A stretch of 64,000 bases of DNA, taken from the IMG/VR virus record IMGVR_UViG_3300047379_000570, positions 7,164 through 71,163 of that record; one strand, 5' to 3'. The DNA is from a virus. The notes beneath the pieces are model-generated. The model was not told the origin of the DNA. It ran no database searches and worked only from the letters and a program-made list of their open reading frames with translations. Of this stretch, positions 1 through 9,836 are shown piece by piece (within the stretch, counting starts at the first letter, position 1; the number at the start of each line of letters is the position of its first letter). The translations under genes were made by a program, and so were the position numbers.

Positions 1-691
1 CTTTAGCAAGATCGTTTGGACCTTTGCCGTCTTCTGCATAATCAGGAATACCATTCTTATTTGTGTCTGGCTTTTTCTTTTCACTTAGTGCTGCCATTAG
101 TGTTGCTTTGATTGCTTCAACAGCCATTGGGTTATCGCCATCTTGTGTAGCAGGGTATGCTTTCTTCTTGCGGTTTAAATCATTGCCATCTGGAATAGCA
201 TCGCTCGTGTCACCGTACTGTGGATCAGGTTCGTTTGCATATTCTTCAAGATCGTCTTCTGTAGCAAGTTCTTCATCAGTTAATGAATCGCCTGCTGCTG
301 CACCTGTCAATGCTCCTAGTGGTCCGCCTAGAGCCATTCCTAAAGCGCCACCTCCAATAGCACCTAACGTTCCTGCTTTTAAATCTTGATCATCTGGATT
401 ATCATCATCGCCTGGAATTTCTGGATCATCATCCATTGCTGAACGGAACTTTTCCATATCGCCACGCATACCTAAACTTGGAGCACCAACTGGTTCTGCT
501 GCTGGCATACCTGCATTTTTCATCATGTTAATAAGATCAGCTACATGATCTTTACCACTAGCATTAATGCTTACATTCATTGATACTGGTTGTCCGGCAT
601 CAGCACCTGGCATAGCAGTTGGCATAGGATCTTCGTTCATTCCACATTCTTCAATATGATCCATTGATTCAATTAATTTTTTCATACTCAT
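1..691 (-). CDS. Acidic hypothetical protein, truncated at window edge; candidate head-internal protein with a glycine-zipper segment
   Basis: Not in the ORF track; translated by hand from ATG at 691 (MSMKKLIESMDHIEECGM...) and open to position 1. Contains GTLGAIGGGALGMALGGPLGALTGAAAG and DTNKNGIPD. Starts 4 nt after the upstream stop. Confidence 0.8.
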   Translation of the reverse strand, partial: MSMKKLIESMDHIEECGMNEDPMPTAMPGADAGQPVSMNVSINASGKDHVADLINMMKNAGMPAAEPVGAPSLGMRGDMEKFRSAMDDDPEIPGDDDNPDDQDLKAGTLGAIGGGALGMALGGPLGALTGAAAGDSLTDEELATEDDLEEYANEPDPQYGDTSDAIPDGNDLNRKKKAYPATQDGDNPMAVEAIKATLMAALSEKKKPDTNKNGIPDYAEDGKGPNDLAK

Positions 692-695
692 ATTC

Positions 696-1256
696 TCAGC
701 CTCCTACAACTGCTTTAGTATTTTCTACATCGCTAATGTCAGATGACTCTCCAACTGGTGCACCTTCAGCACCACTGTGTTCATTTTCTTTGCGAGCTAT
801 TTCTAATTCTTTTAATAAATCCATAACACGATTCCCTGCAACGTTATCTTGGGCAGACTCGCCGCCCATATCTTCTTTTGTAAGCATTGCTTCATACGGA
901 GCATCGTCTTTGGTTTCTTGATATTCTTCTCTTGGATCATTAGCATTACGTACAATAATATATGCTTGATCAAGTCCACAACAACGACCTATATATTCTT
1001 GTAGTACTTGACTAGTAGTTGGATATTCAACTTCTGCTTCAAAGTAAGTAACTTCCATATTTTGTAATTGTGGAAAATCTAAAGGACGTTCCTGGATTGG
1101 TGTTTTCTTGCCTGGCGTAATATTTACAACACTGTATTTCTTTAGTGCAGTTTCCATTCTTTCTACACACTCGGGCGTACAATCTGGTCCAGCAATACCA
1201 ATTTTAAATTCGTATGTCTTTTTTGATTCTGTTAATATTTCTTTAAATGATCTCAT
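696..1256 (-). CDS. Hypothetical virion protein with T4-like capsid-targeting N-terminus
   Basis: 186-aa ORF starting MRSFKEILTE; late promoter motif at 1284-1290 upstream. Confidence 0.75.
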   Translation of the reverse strand: MRSFKEILTESKKTYEFKIGIAGPDCTPECVERMETALKKYSVVNITPGKKTPIQERPLDFPQLQNMEVTYFEAEVEYPTTSQVLQEYIGRCCGLDQAYIIVRNANDPREEYQETKDDAPYEAMLTKEDMGGESAQDNVAGNRVMDLLKELEIARKENEHSGAEGAPVGESSDISDVENTKAVVGG

Positions 1257-1282
1257 TGTGCAATGATCCTGTCCTATATGTA

Positions 1283-1789
1283 TTATTTATCTTTATCAAG
1301 GCCTTTTAGTTTCTCTAATAGACTGTTTCTATCAGTAACTACATATCCTTCGCCGTTGATCATACCGTCATCAGGGCCAACTTTTCCGTCTTTATCCATT
1401 TTTTCTTTTTTAAGTTGCAGTTCTACCATTTTAAGTTTTTTGTCTAGTTTTGCAACTTTAGCATCTAGCCCTGTTTTAAGAAAGGTTCCAGCAACTTCAA
1501 ATACTCTACCACTATAACGCTGTTCTACATTCATACCTAAATCCATTAGATCCTCGTATGCTGTCATAGCTTTGTTTGCAACTTCATTAAGCTCCTTATC
1601 GGCCATGTCGCCTAAGCCTTTCACTTGCGGAAGTGCTGAACTAATTTTATCAAACTCTGCAATGTCACGCATAGTTTTATTAGTTTCTTCTATTTCATAT
1701 TTTTGTTGTTCTTCTTCTTGAGCTTCTGCTTCTTGTATAATTTCTTTTGCGTCAGGCAAATTAAGAAGATCTTCTAATTTTTTAGTCAT
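1283..1789 (-). CDS. gp16: Probable terminase small subunit (T4 gp16-like)
   Basis: Helical protein with AYEDLMDLG...RVFEVAGTFLK and a C-terminal DRNSLLEKL, the pattern of gp16-family proteins; morphogenesis context. Confidence 0.55.
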   Translation of the reverse strand: MTKKLEDLLNLPDAKEIIQEAEAQEEEQQKYEIEETNKTMRDIAEFDKISSALPQVKGLGDMADKELNEVANKAMTAYEDLMDLGMNVEQRYSGRVFEVAGTFLKTGLDAKVAKLDKKLKMVELQLKKEKMDKDGKVGPDDGMINGEGYVVTDRNSLLEKLKGLDKDK

Positions 1790-1818
1790 GGTTCCAATCC
1801 ATTATATGCTACTATTAT

Positions 1819-2256
1819 TTATCTTCTACGACCATTATGAAAAATATCCTGTTCAGTAACAATACGGAAATATACACCCTTTTGTTTACACCATGCTCTA
1901 GCTGCTTCCCACTTTGCTTGATTAACAATATAATGTGCTTGATTATGTCTGCTTTTTCCTAATTTTTCTTTTAGTGCTTGCGAGCTAGGTTTAACTTCAA
2001 CTAACTCAACACGTTGCTTTCCATTTTTGTCAGCATATACAATAAAAAAATCAGGAACATATATTGTTTGCTTTCCTGTTAGTGGATTTCTGTAGGGGAT
2101 ACGTATTGATTCACTTGCCCATTGACTGACACTAGGATGTTCGTCACAAAATTTCATGAATGTAAACTCCCAACCTGATCTATACGTTGGTGTTTTATTA
2201 CCCATATATTTTTTAGGATTTTTTAGAGTAAATTTGCCTTGTGCAAAATGTGCCAT
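1819..2256 (-). CDS. gp4: Head completion nuclease (T4 gp4-like, TnsA-like PD-(D/E)xK fold)
   Basis: YRSGWE..FMKFCD, WASE, IPY, YVPDFF and VEVKP motifs. Confidence 0.9.
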   Translation of the reverse strand: MAHFAQGKFTLKNPKKYMGNKTPTYRSGWEFTFMKFCDEHPSVSQWASESIRIPYRNPLTGKQTIYVPDFFIVYADKNGKQRVELVEVKPSSQALKEKLGKSRHNQAHYIVNQAKWEAARAWCKQKGVYFRIVTEQDIFHNGRRR

Positions 2257-2257
2257 A

Positions 2258-2638
2258 TCATATTACAACATTTCTTTGATCAAATAATTCATAGTTTAAT
2301 TTTTGATCTTTGAAACCTAACGCACTAGTTTTTGATCTATTGAGATTTAAAATTTGAGCTACAATAACACTTAATTGTACATCTGTAACACCTTTTAACG
2401 TGTCTAATAATGCTTGAACATTTAAGTTATCTATTTTTGCTTGTTGTAATAATACGCTTGCAGTGTTTATAGCTGCTACTTTATCAAAACCTCTTTTTAA
2501 GAAGTAACCAATAGTTGCATCAACTTCTTCCGGATTATAATTAATATCTAATTCAAAAAAGTTTTTGTAATATTCCGGAGTCGGTTCTGTTGATAATGAT
2601 CTTGCGTCTGTTGTTGTATCGCTTTTAGTTCTTGCCAT
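2258..2638 (-). CDS. Hypothetical protein
   Basis: 126-aa ORF tightly packed between its neighbours (1-nt overlap with the upstream gene). Confidence 0.75.
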   Translation of the reverse strand: MARTKSDTTTDARSLSTEPTPEYYKNFFELDINYNPEEVDATIGYFLKRGFDKVAAINTASVLLQQAKIDNLNVQALLDTLKGVTDVQLSVIVAQILNLNRSKTSALGFKDQKLNYELFDQRNVVI

Positions 2639-3852
2639 TAAGCTACTCCTGCTAGTGCGTTTGAAGCGGTTTGGATTAATAAAAGATTCCCGCCTTGAAT
2701 TAGATTAATTAGATTTTGATCTATTGCTGATTTTTCAACTGCTGTAGCACTATTATATGTATTAATATCAACATTTGGTATTACACCTGTATTAATTAAA
2801 GCTGGTGTAAGTAATGCTTTTGTTGCCGGATCATTTAACGCTGCTATGATTGCTGCTGCATCAAGTTGCGGAGAGTTAGATTCAGTAGCTGATGATACTG
2901 TAGTATCGGCTTGTGAATCAACATTATACACACCATTTCCGCCTCCAGTGACCGCAGCCACAGCCGCACTAACAACGCCGGCGGCAGCAGCAGAAGCAAA
3001 ATTTGAAGCAGTATTTGATCCGCCGGTGAGAAACTCATTAACTGCTGCTCCAAGTAATGCAGGTAATAATCCGCCTGCTCCAAATTCGCCGGCTATTCCA
3101 TTATCAATAATACCTAATGGACTCTTCTCTACATCGTAACCAACATCCGCATCACCAAATCCTACAATAGGATCTTGACTTACTTTCCCTTCACTATATA
3201 ACACGCCTTCGTATGCAACTGTCATTGACGCTTCGTTGAATGATCCATCAGTGCTATCTACATTGCCGTGATCCCAAGCAGACAGTAAAGGATTTAATAA
3301 TGTATATGCAAACCATTGTCTTCTTGCTAGTTGATATATTGTTATATAACTAAAAAACGGAGTTCTTTTTCTATTATTTAAACCGTAGTTTGGTACATCA
3401 CCAAAATACTTGTCTCTTGGCAAATATGCCGCTTGTGATCCTGTTGGACTGCGGTTACCATCAGCAAAGTAATATTTGTAATATTCTTTAAGCATTGCAC
3501 GTACTGCACCTAAATTATCATCATGCAATGTCATTCTAATATCTTGATAATCTAATCTTGTTTGAATGTTTTTCTTTCTATTGTATTGTTGTTTATTTTC
3601 TACACTTGCTCTAAAACTAGGTAAGTCTGTTGATTTTACAAGTATTCCTAATTCTTTTTGGAAAAGAAAAGAATTAGCAGTTGCACTATTGCCAACTTCT
3701 GCATTTGGCTGAAATACCACATGATACATGTACTTTTGTTTAGGTGCAAAAGTAAAATTACTATTGGTATAAATCTTGTGCGCATGTTGCGCATCGCGCA
3801 AATGTGTGCCCGCAGTAAAATTATAAAGGAAGCTGTCTACTATACTACTCAT
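2638..3852 (-). CDS. Tail-tube-fold baseplate/tube initiator protein (gp54/gp48-like)
   Basis: DLPSF...QYNRKKNIQTRLDYQDIRMTLHDD tube-like motif; directly downstream of the tail tube gene. Confidence 0.6.
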   Translation of the reverse strand: MSSIVDSFLYNFTAGTHLRDAQHAHKIYTNSNFTFAPKQKYMYHVVFQPNAEVGNSATANSFLFQKELGILVKSTDLPSFRASVENKQQYNRKKNIQTRLDYQDIRMTLHDDNLGAVRAMLKEYYKYYFADGNRSPTGSQAAYLPRDKYFGDVPNYGLNNRKRTPFFSYITIYQLARRQWFAYTLLNPLLSAWDHGNVDSTDGSFNEASMTVAYEGVLYSEGKVSQDPIVGFGDADVGYDVEKSPLGIIDNGIAGEFGAGGLLPALLGAAVNEFLTGGSNTASNFASAAAAGVVSAAVAAVTGGGNGVYNVDSQADTTVSSATESNSPQLDAAAIIAALNDPATKALLTPALINTGVIPNVDINTYNSATAVEKSAIDQNLINLIQGGNLLLIQTASNALAGVA

Positions 3853-3891
3853 ATAAATATTTATCCTTATAGATTAAGTACGTATATAAAG

Positions 3892-3928
3892 AAAAGCGAA
3901 GATTGACGTTAACCAATCCTCGCTTTTT
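3892..3928 (-). terminator. Intrinsic terminator after the tail tube gene
   Basis: Minus-strand stem GCGAGGATTG/CAATCTTCGC followed by TTTTCTTT. Confidence 0.75.
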
Positions 3929-3952
3929 ATAATGCCAATCTTTGAAACTAGT

Positions 3953-4594
3953 TTAGTTAGAAACTGTTGTTCCGCCAATAGCGCCTGTAGTAGCTCGTGC
4001 AACAGACTCACCAATACCAGTAATATCATCGCCGCCAAATTGTACAGCATTATCATAACGGATTGTTAATGAAGTAGTTACTGCATCACTAGTAGCATAT
4101 GCTAATGTATTGTAGTTTGCTGATTCGATATAACAACCTACTAGTTGGAATCTATCAATTACATTTGCTCCGTCTGTACCATTACCACCGTCTAGAATTT
4201 CAATTCTAGTTTGGAATTTGTACGAACCACTTGATACAGCACTTTGCTGCTCAAAGAAGTCAAACTGTCTTTGAAGTTGCTGACCAACAATTTTTTGTAC
4301 GTTGTTGTTTGCATCTTCACGCAATGTAAGCGTAACTGGTTCCCATGTGTGCTTACCTGCAAGATATGTTCTTGAGTTGTAAGCATCAATTGTCATTTGT
4401 TCAAAAGATAAGTTAGGACGAGTTACGTCTACTACTTGTCTTGAAATTTCTCTTGTACCATCTGGTCCACCAGTAGTACCAAAATTATCTAATAATACTC
4501 TAAAACGATACTGTAATTTAGGCATCAATAAAGATGAGTTTGATCCAGCACCCTCTGTAGGAATACTAATGTTTTGTAGTGTTGTGATTGGCAT
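3953..4594 (-). CDS. gp19: Tail tube protein (gp19-like)
   Basis: MPKLQYRFRV, YLAGKHTWEPVTLTLRED and LTIRYDNA; follows the sheath gene; SD AGGAG. Confidence 0.88.
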   Translation of the reverse strand: MPITTLQNISIPTEGAGSNSSLLMPKLQYRFRVLLDNFGTTGGPDGTREISRQVVDVTRPNLSFEQMTIDAYNSRTYLAGKHTWEPVTLTLREDANNNVQKIVGQQLQRQFDFFEQQSAVSSGSYKFQTRIEILDGGNGTDGANVIDRFQLVGCYIESANYNTLAYATSDAVTTSLTIRYDNAVQFGGDDITGIGESVARATTGAIGGTTVSN

Positions 4595-4619
4595 TTTTTA
4601 TAATCTCCTGTTACACATG

Positions 4620-4626
4620 TATTTAT
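4620..4626 (-). promoter_or_regulatory. T4-type late promoter core (ATAAATA) for the tail tube gene
   Basis: TATTTAT on the plus strand about 25 nt upstream of the start. The same motif recurs upstream of structural genes at 1284, 1816, 3858, 9810, 24503, 46638, 49125, 51942, 57209 and 62093. Confidence 0.7.
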
Positions 4627-4670
4627 GCTATTTTGGGTGGAGTATTTCATCCACCCATAAAGTGCGCATA

Positions 4671-7600
4671 TTATCCTAGTGCAGCAATCTCCCCAGTATT
4701 CTTAAGTCTTAGCGGAATGTAAATAAATTCAATCGCCTTAACTGGTTCAATAGCTACGTCTAAATAAAGCTCGTTACGATCAATTCTAGCTGCTGTGTTG
4801 TTTGATTCGTCACATACAACTAAGTAATCGTAAACAGCTCTTAGTGCTACCAATTCTAATAACAGTGCGTCTGCTGCTGCTTTAATTTGGTCACGTGTAA
4901 TCTTGTCATTTGGTTCAAACAAGTATGGTTTTGCCAATAGTTCAAGTTGTCCACGTAAGTAAACAGTTAAACGTGCTACGTTAACTCTATCCAATGCACT
5001 TGCGTTTCTTGCACGAGTCTTTTGTCCAAATACTACTAATCCTGCACCACTTAAGAATGTAATTGGATTAATTTTATTTGAATATAGTGTATCACGCTGT
5101 CCTGTGTTTAGTGCTACTGAAACAAACTCTCCTTCGTTATTAATATAACCCGAGCTTGTTGCGTTGCTTACGCCACCGCGTCTTGTACCTGCTGGAGCAA
5201 ACCAGGGGAACGCAACTTGGTCGTTAAGTATAATAGTACGTAGTGCCATATGACTTGGAGGAACAACAATGTTGTTACCAAAGTTGTCACTTGTAAAGCC
5301 TGCACCGTAATACATAGCCATATACTCGTCAAAGCTCACTGCACCATTGTCGTTATCTTCAACAGCAAGTCTAACGTTTGATGCCCATTCATTTAATGAA
5401 GTTGCATCTGGTGTTAAACGGAATGGTGTGTCACCAACTACAAACGATGTTAAACGTCTATCCGTGTTTAGTGTAATCATTTCACCAATTAGTTCAGGAT
5501 AACCTGGCGCTGCCATTAAGTTAAACTGACGTGATTCTTCGTCACGTATTTCTTGGTTACTGTTTACTAGTGCTTGTAACGCTTGTACAACACTCTTGCG
5601 TTGTGCATGACGACCAAATGTTCCTGAACCGTCTTCGTTATTGCCTGAGTCTGTTACCCAACGATGTGGATAATAATTAGTTGTACTTAGGTCTCCGTAA
5701 CGTCCGTTAGTTCCGTTAGTATCTACGTAGTTACGCTCAAAACGCTTAACATTGAAGCCACTTCTACGTGTGTTCCATAGCAACATACCTCTTGGATATA
5801 ATGCTGGATCTGGAGCATCTGGATCTAAATAATCGCTAGTAACCATTTCTGAAATAGTTGCACTTGGTGCAACTAATGTTGTACCACCTGTGTCACCGTA
5901 GCGAGCATCACCAAACAAAATTCCATCTTCAGTAGTTTGGTCTGAGTTATCAACTAAAATCCAACCACTTGCTCCTGTTGCAGCAATAGTTGCATTATAT
6001 TTGTAAATTATTGGATAGTCTTCAACACTTGCTGTGCTTACCCAAATGTCGCCTGTTACTAGTGCTGATGCACCGTCTGCTTGCGTTGTTGGTTCAGCTG
6101 CTGATACAATTGGACCTTGTGGATCTGTACCACTAAACGGACTTGCAATTGAGCTTTCACCTGACGCTCCGTCATATGCAAGACCTACCCAAGTATCACC
6201 ATTGTGTACCATAATGTCAACTTCATCAACAATTGAATTGTACCATAGTGCGCCTTGTGCTGTTAAGCTCAATGGTGCGCTGTTTGAAGCAGTATAAGTT
6301 AATGGTGCCCAGTTTGAAGCTACAAACTGCTTTGGTGATGTAGCTGCTGTTGTGCCTGGAGCAAAATACAAGTTAGTTGTTCCACCAGCACTTGCACTAA
6401 AGCCAAATAGTTCTAAGCCACCGTCAGTGTCAACTAAGTCAATTTCACCGCCTAGTTTGTGTGAAATCTGTACTCGATTTTGTGCATCAACTACAGCAAT
6501 AACATTTGTTAATCCTGCTGCGTTAATTTGGCCAGCTAATGTATCTGCATCAGCAATGTCAGCAGCAGTTGTAACGCTTACTGTAACTGGTGATGTTTTA
6601 CTAGCTGAAGCTGCTGTTGTTTCTGCAATAGTAAATGTATATGTAGCTGCTGCAATACCTGTTGATGTAACTTTAGAGCTAGTAATTACAGTTGCTCCAA
6701 TTGCACTTCTACGGTATATTTTAAAATCTGCAATTGGTGGTGTAGTACCGTTAACATTAACATCTGCAAACAAAGAATCAACAGTAATGTTTGTTCCGCC
6801 ACCTGTTGGATCTAAACCGTAAATTGCTTGCTCAGGTCTACTAAAAATTGGTGTTACAACTTTGTTCCAAACAGCTCCTGCTGCTGAATATTGTTTTACA
6901 CTAATGTTTGCGCCGCCGTTTGGTTGTGTAGTTTTAAGCCAAACACTGCCTGATGGTGCAGGTGATGTGTCTGAAGACTTAAAAGTTGGTACGCTTGTGT
7001 GTGGAGCAATTTGCACTCTTGGTGCAGAGTATGTTCCAGCTGTTAAACCTAAGTTTGCTACTAGTGTTCCGCTGCCTTCTGCAATAGAAACTGTTCCTGT
7101 AGCTGTAGTGCCCGAACCGCCTTCATCATCAATTGCTGTAGCATCTACATAAATTTTAATTCTGCTATCAATTAGTGCAGCATTTATGCCTGTTACTGCC
7201 GCTGCATTAATTGCTGCAACCACATCAGTAAATGTTGTACCGCCAGCAACGACTGAAACACCATTTAGTACAATTGTATGTGTAGCATCAACTGCTCCCG
7301 GCGCATTGGTGCCTGTTGCTGCTGGATAACTATCTGCCCATTCGTTACTTCCGAGTGCAACCCATTTGCCTGCATTTGCTGTTCTTGTTGCTTGTGATGC
7401 ACCGTAACCTGGTGACTTATAAAATACTCTATTATCATTGCTTGAATGATCAATAGCATAGTCTCCAATAGCACCAATTGATTGTTTAGGTAAATCACTA
7501 CCATCTAAGTCATCGCTTGATGTAATAGCAATGTGTGTTTTGCTTGAAAACGTTTGTCCGCCTACAGTTGTAATTGCGGCGCCGTTCCATTCTAAAATAC

Positions 7601-8033
7601 CAAATTCACTTGCAAGCGTGTCTAACCACCATGCACCGTCTGCTGGTGCGCCACCTGGGGCTGTTGCACTTGCTTCTAATTCAGCTAAGTCAATATCTGC
7701 TCTAACTACATATGCACGATTTGAAACGCCTAATGATGAATAAGCAGCTTGTAATCCGTATTCGTTAAGCTCTCCGCCGTGAATCATATTGCCTGAAGCG
7801 TCACTATAAAATAGTGGATCGCCAAATGTTTCACCAAGCTCTCGCTGACTGGTGATTAAGTAAGGTTTACCAGCGTTTGCCTTTGTTGTACCTGATGCTG
7901 TTCCTGTGCCACTGCTTGAAAGTTTATTACTAGCAGTTGCTACAAAAATCATAGGTACAGTGCCGCCAGCTGCTGGGGTGTAGAATGATTCGTCAATTAC
8001 ACTGACTTCTACGCCTGGTGATACTAATGCCAT
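4671..8033 (-). CDS. gp18: Tail sheath protein (gp18-like), enlarged
   Basis: N-terminal LVSPGVEVSVIDES; C-terminal PWFAPAGTRRG, LYSNKINPI, FGQKT, ALDRVNVARL, FEPND and PVKAIEFIYI. Confidence 0.95.
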   Translation of the reverse strand: MALVSPGVEVSVIDESFYTPAAGGTVPMIFVATASNKLSSSGTGTASGTTKANAGKPYLITSQRELGETFGDPLFYSDASGNMIHGGELNEYGLQAAYSSLGVSNRAYVVRADIDLAELEASATAPGGAPADGAWWLDTLASEFGILEWNGAAITTVGGQTFSSKTHIAITSSDDLDGSDLPKQSIGAIGDYAIDHSSNDNRVFYKSPGYGASQATRTANAGKWVALGSNEWADSYPAATGTNAPGAVDATHTIVLNGVSVVAGGTTFTDVVAAINAAAVTGINAALIDSRIKIYVDATAIDDEGGSGTTATGTVSIAEGSGTLVANLGLTAGTYSAPRVQIAPHTSVPTFKSSDTSPAPSGSVWLKTTQPNGGANISVKQYSAAGAVWNKVVTPIFSRPEQAIYGLDPTGGGTNITVDSLFADVNVNGTTPPIADFKIYRRSAIGATVITSSKVTSTGIAAATYTFTIAETTAASASKTSPVTVSVTTAADIADADTLAGQINAAGLTNVIAVVDAQNRVQISHKLGGEIDLVDTDGGLELFGFSASAGGTTNLYFAPGTTAATSPKQFVASNWAPLTYTASNSAPLSLTAQGALWYNSIVDEVDIMVHNGDTWVGLAYDGASGESSIASPFSGTDPQGPIVSAAEPTTQADGASALVTGDIWVSTASVEDYPIIYKYNATIAATGASGWILVDNSDQTTEDGILFGDARYGDTGGTTLVAPSATISEMVTSDYLDPDAPDPALYPRGMLLWNTRRSGFNVKRFERNYVDTNGTNGRYGDLSTTNYYPHRWVTDSGNNEDGSGTFGRHAQRKSVVQALQALVNSNQEIRDEESRQFNLMAAPGYPELIGEMITLNTDRRLTSFVVGDTPFRLTPDATSLNEWASNVRLAVEDNDNGAVSFDEYMAMYYGAGFTSDNFGNNIVVPPSHMALRTIILNDQVAFPWFAPAGTRRGGVSNATSSGYINNEGEFVSVALNTGQRDTLYSNKINPITFLSGAGLVVFGQKTRARNASALDRVNVARLTVYLRGQLELLAKPYLFEPNDKITRDQIKAAADALLLELVALRAVYDYLVVCDESNNTAARIDRNELYLDVAIEPVKAIEFIYIPLRLKNTGEIAALG

Positions 8034-8148
8034 GTTATTTCTCCTATTTGGATGACTAGTTGTTCTATATGTATATTTACCATTTAATTAATAAAACACC
8101 TGCAATACACACCTAAAAAAGGTACCAAAAAGGTGAGCTAAATACAGT

Positions 8149-8484
8149 ATGAGACCTTTATGTGTATGCGGTAAAAGACCGGCTGCTATTAATTACAAGA
8201 AAGATGGCAAAACATACTACCGTAAAAAGTGCGAACAATGTTTACGCAACGGTGCAGGACACGGTATTCCTTTATGGGAACAGCGCGGATATGTTAAAAA
8301 AAATGTATGTGAAAAATGCGGATTTAAATCTAAGCATTCAGAACAATTCAATGTATTTCATGTTGACGGTAATTTAGAAAATTGTAGACCAAATAATTTA
8401 AAAACTATATGCGCTAATTGTCAACGTATTGTGCAAAAAGAAGGTATACGTTGGAAGCAAGGAGATTTAACTCCGGACTTTTAG
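8149..8484 (+). CDS. Zinc-binding HNH-like protein
   Basis: Several Cys pairs and FHVDGNLENCRPNNLKTICANC (HNH fold; the last His is replaced by Gln). Confidence 0.7.
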   Translation: MRPLCVCGKRPAAINYKKDGKTYYRKKCEQCLRNGAGHGIPLWEQRGYVKKNVCEKCGFKSKHSEQFNVFHVDGNLENCRPNNLKTICANCQRIVQKEGIRWKQGDLTPDF

Positions 8485-8973
8485 ATGTTCTATTAACTGA
8501 TATGTATTGAACATTAATTGATCTAAATCTCTATTATTATCAATAGTAAAATCAGCCATCCATTGTTCTAAGCTCATTGAATCTTTTGATTCAGGCGGTA
8601 AATGATCTGATCTATCAACCCAAATTGCATAATCAAAAACATTAGTATTTTTCATAGCAAAGAATTCACGTTTGTTACGCAGTCCGCAATATATATCGTG
8701 TTCTTTGAATATTTCTCTACCTAACGTTGCTGCATCTCTTTCATTATAATCGCAAATAGCATCATACCATTCTTTACGATGATGATGTCTATCTGCATAA
8801 CATTCTTCTTCATCTTTGTATTTGTATTTGTCTTTCAGCATATCAAAGATAAAAAGTTTTGAACAAAATCGACTACTGCTCTCAAAACTGTAACCGTAAT
8901 TCTTTTCTAGTATTTCACAGACTGTGTCTTTGCCATGCCTGCCATGACCAATAACTAATAATTTAGGTAACAT
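8467..8973 (-). CDS. Deoxynucleoside monophosphate kinase-like P-loop protein
   Basis: N-terminal LLVIGHGRHGKDTV P-loop; C-terminal ADFTIDNN typical of phage dNMP kinases. Confidence 0.7.
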   Translation of the reverse strand: MLPKLLVIGHGRHGKDTVCEILEKNYGYSFESSSRFCSKLFIFDMLKDKYKYKDEEECYADRHHHRKEWYDAICDYNERDAATLGREIFKEHDIYCGLRNKREFFAMKNTNVFDYAIWVDRSDHLPPESKDSMSLEQWMADFTIDNNRDLDQLMFNTYQLIEHLKVRS

Positions 8974-8998
8974 AAAATCTCCGCATAATATAATTTAT

Positions 8999-9027
8999 AT
9001 TATAACAAAAATTTAATATATTGTCAA
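8999..9027 (-). promoter_or_regulatory. Consensus sigma70 promoter for the kinase gene
   Basis: Minus strand TTGACA (9027-9022), 17 nt, TATAAT (9004-8999), with an extended -10 TG. Confidence 0.85.
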
Positions 9028-9033
9028 GTGTTT

Positions 9034-9792
9034 TTATCCAATTAAAAAACCGTAACCAACACCACCGCCTACTTGCAGTGATAGTTCAGATTCTAATTTT
9101 TCCATTTCAGCTTGCGCTTCGGCTTTTAGTGCATCACCATTAAGTGTTGAGCCGCCTTGTGGTCCTGCAACAGTAGCAAACTTACTACGTGCTTCTCCTA
9201 GCATATATTTACAGGCTGCTAATGTATAATCTTTAATCCATTGCACAGCTAGATAATCGCTAAGTAATTCTGCATCAGGACGATAATTGTAAACATATAG
9301 TAACAATTCTTCTTCGGCCCTTGGACGTTGTAATAGTGTTAATTTTTTAGTTGTAGTATTCCATTTAAATTCAATAAATGAACCAAACATTCTACCTACT
9401 AGTTCTTGATGTTGTGAAAATAAATCGTATGTTGCTAATCCACCCATTTTACTACTAGACAATAGATATGTATTTGTGTAAGCTAAATTGAACGGTTCAA
9501 ACATACTACCGCCGTCTCCGCCGCCGGTTCTTGAACCAATACTCCTGCGGAATAGTTTACGCACTTCAATTACTTCATTTGGTAGTACGTATTCGTTTTG
9601 ATCTACTACTGTTGTTAAAAACATATACGATTCTTCAACACTATTATCACTGCGCTGTCTGAATTTTGTTAATGCTTTAGTTAATGCAGTTTGATAATGA
9701 ATAGGATCTAATTCAACGTCTACCATTCCTCCACCGAGGAAAGTATTAACATAATCAAATACTTCTTGTTTTTGTGTTGCTAAATCTGCCAT
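9034..9792 (-). CDS. gp13: Neck protein (gp13-like)
   Basis: LGGGMVDVELD, WIKDYTLA..K..LGEARSKF and GPQGGSTLNGDAL. Start reassigned to the ATG at 9792 (SD GGAGA). Confidence 0.9.
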   Translation of the reverse strand: MADLATQKQEVFDYVNTFLGGGMVDVELDPIHYQTALTKALTKFRQRSDNSVEESYMFLTTVVDQNEYVLPNEVIEVRKLFRRSIGSRTGGGDGGSMFEPFNLAYTNTYLLSSSKMGGLATYDLFSQHQELVGRMFGSFIEFKWNTTTKKLTLLQRPRAEEELLLYVYNYRPDAELLSDYLAVQWIKDYTLAACKYMLGEARSKFATVAGPQGGSTLNGDALKAEAQAEMEKLESELSLQVGGGVGYGFLIG

Positions 9793-9809
9793 ATGAGTTT
9801 CTCCAATAG

Positions 9810-9831
9810 TATTTATCGTTGGCGATAAATA
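9810..9831. promoter_or_regulatory. Back-to-back divergent late promoters (perfect inverted repeat)
   Basis: TATTTATCG-TTGG-CGATAAATA between the divergent gp13 and gp14 genes. Confidence 0.75.
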
Positions 9832-9836
9832 TGTAT

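Noticed and set aside
4634-4657. Hairpin TGGGTGGA/TCCACCCA after the sheath gene as a terminator
   Set aside because: No U-tract on the coding strand; more likely an mRNA stability or processing hairpin, so not called
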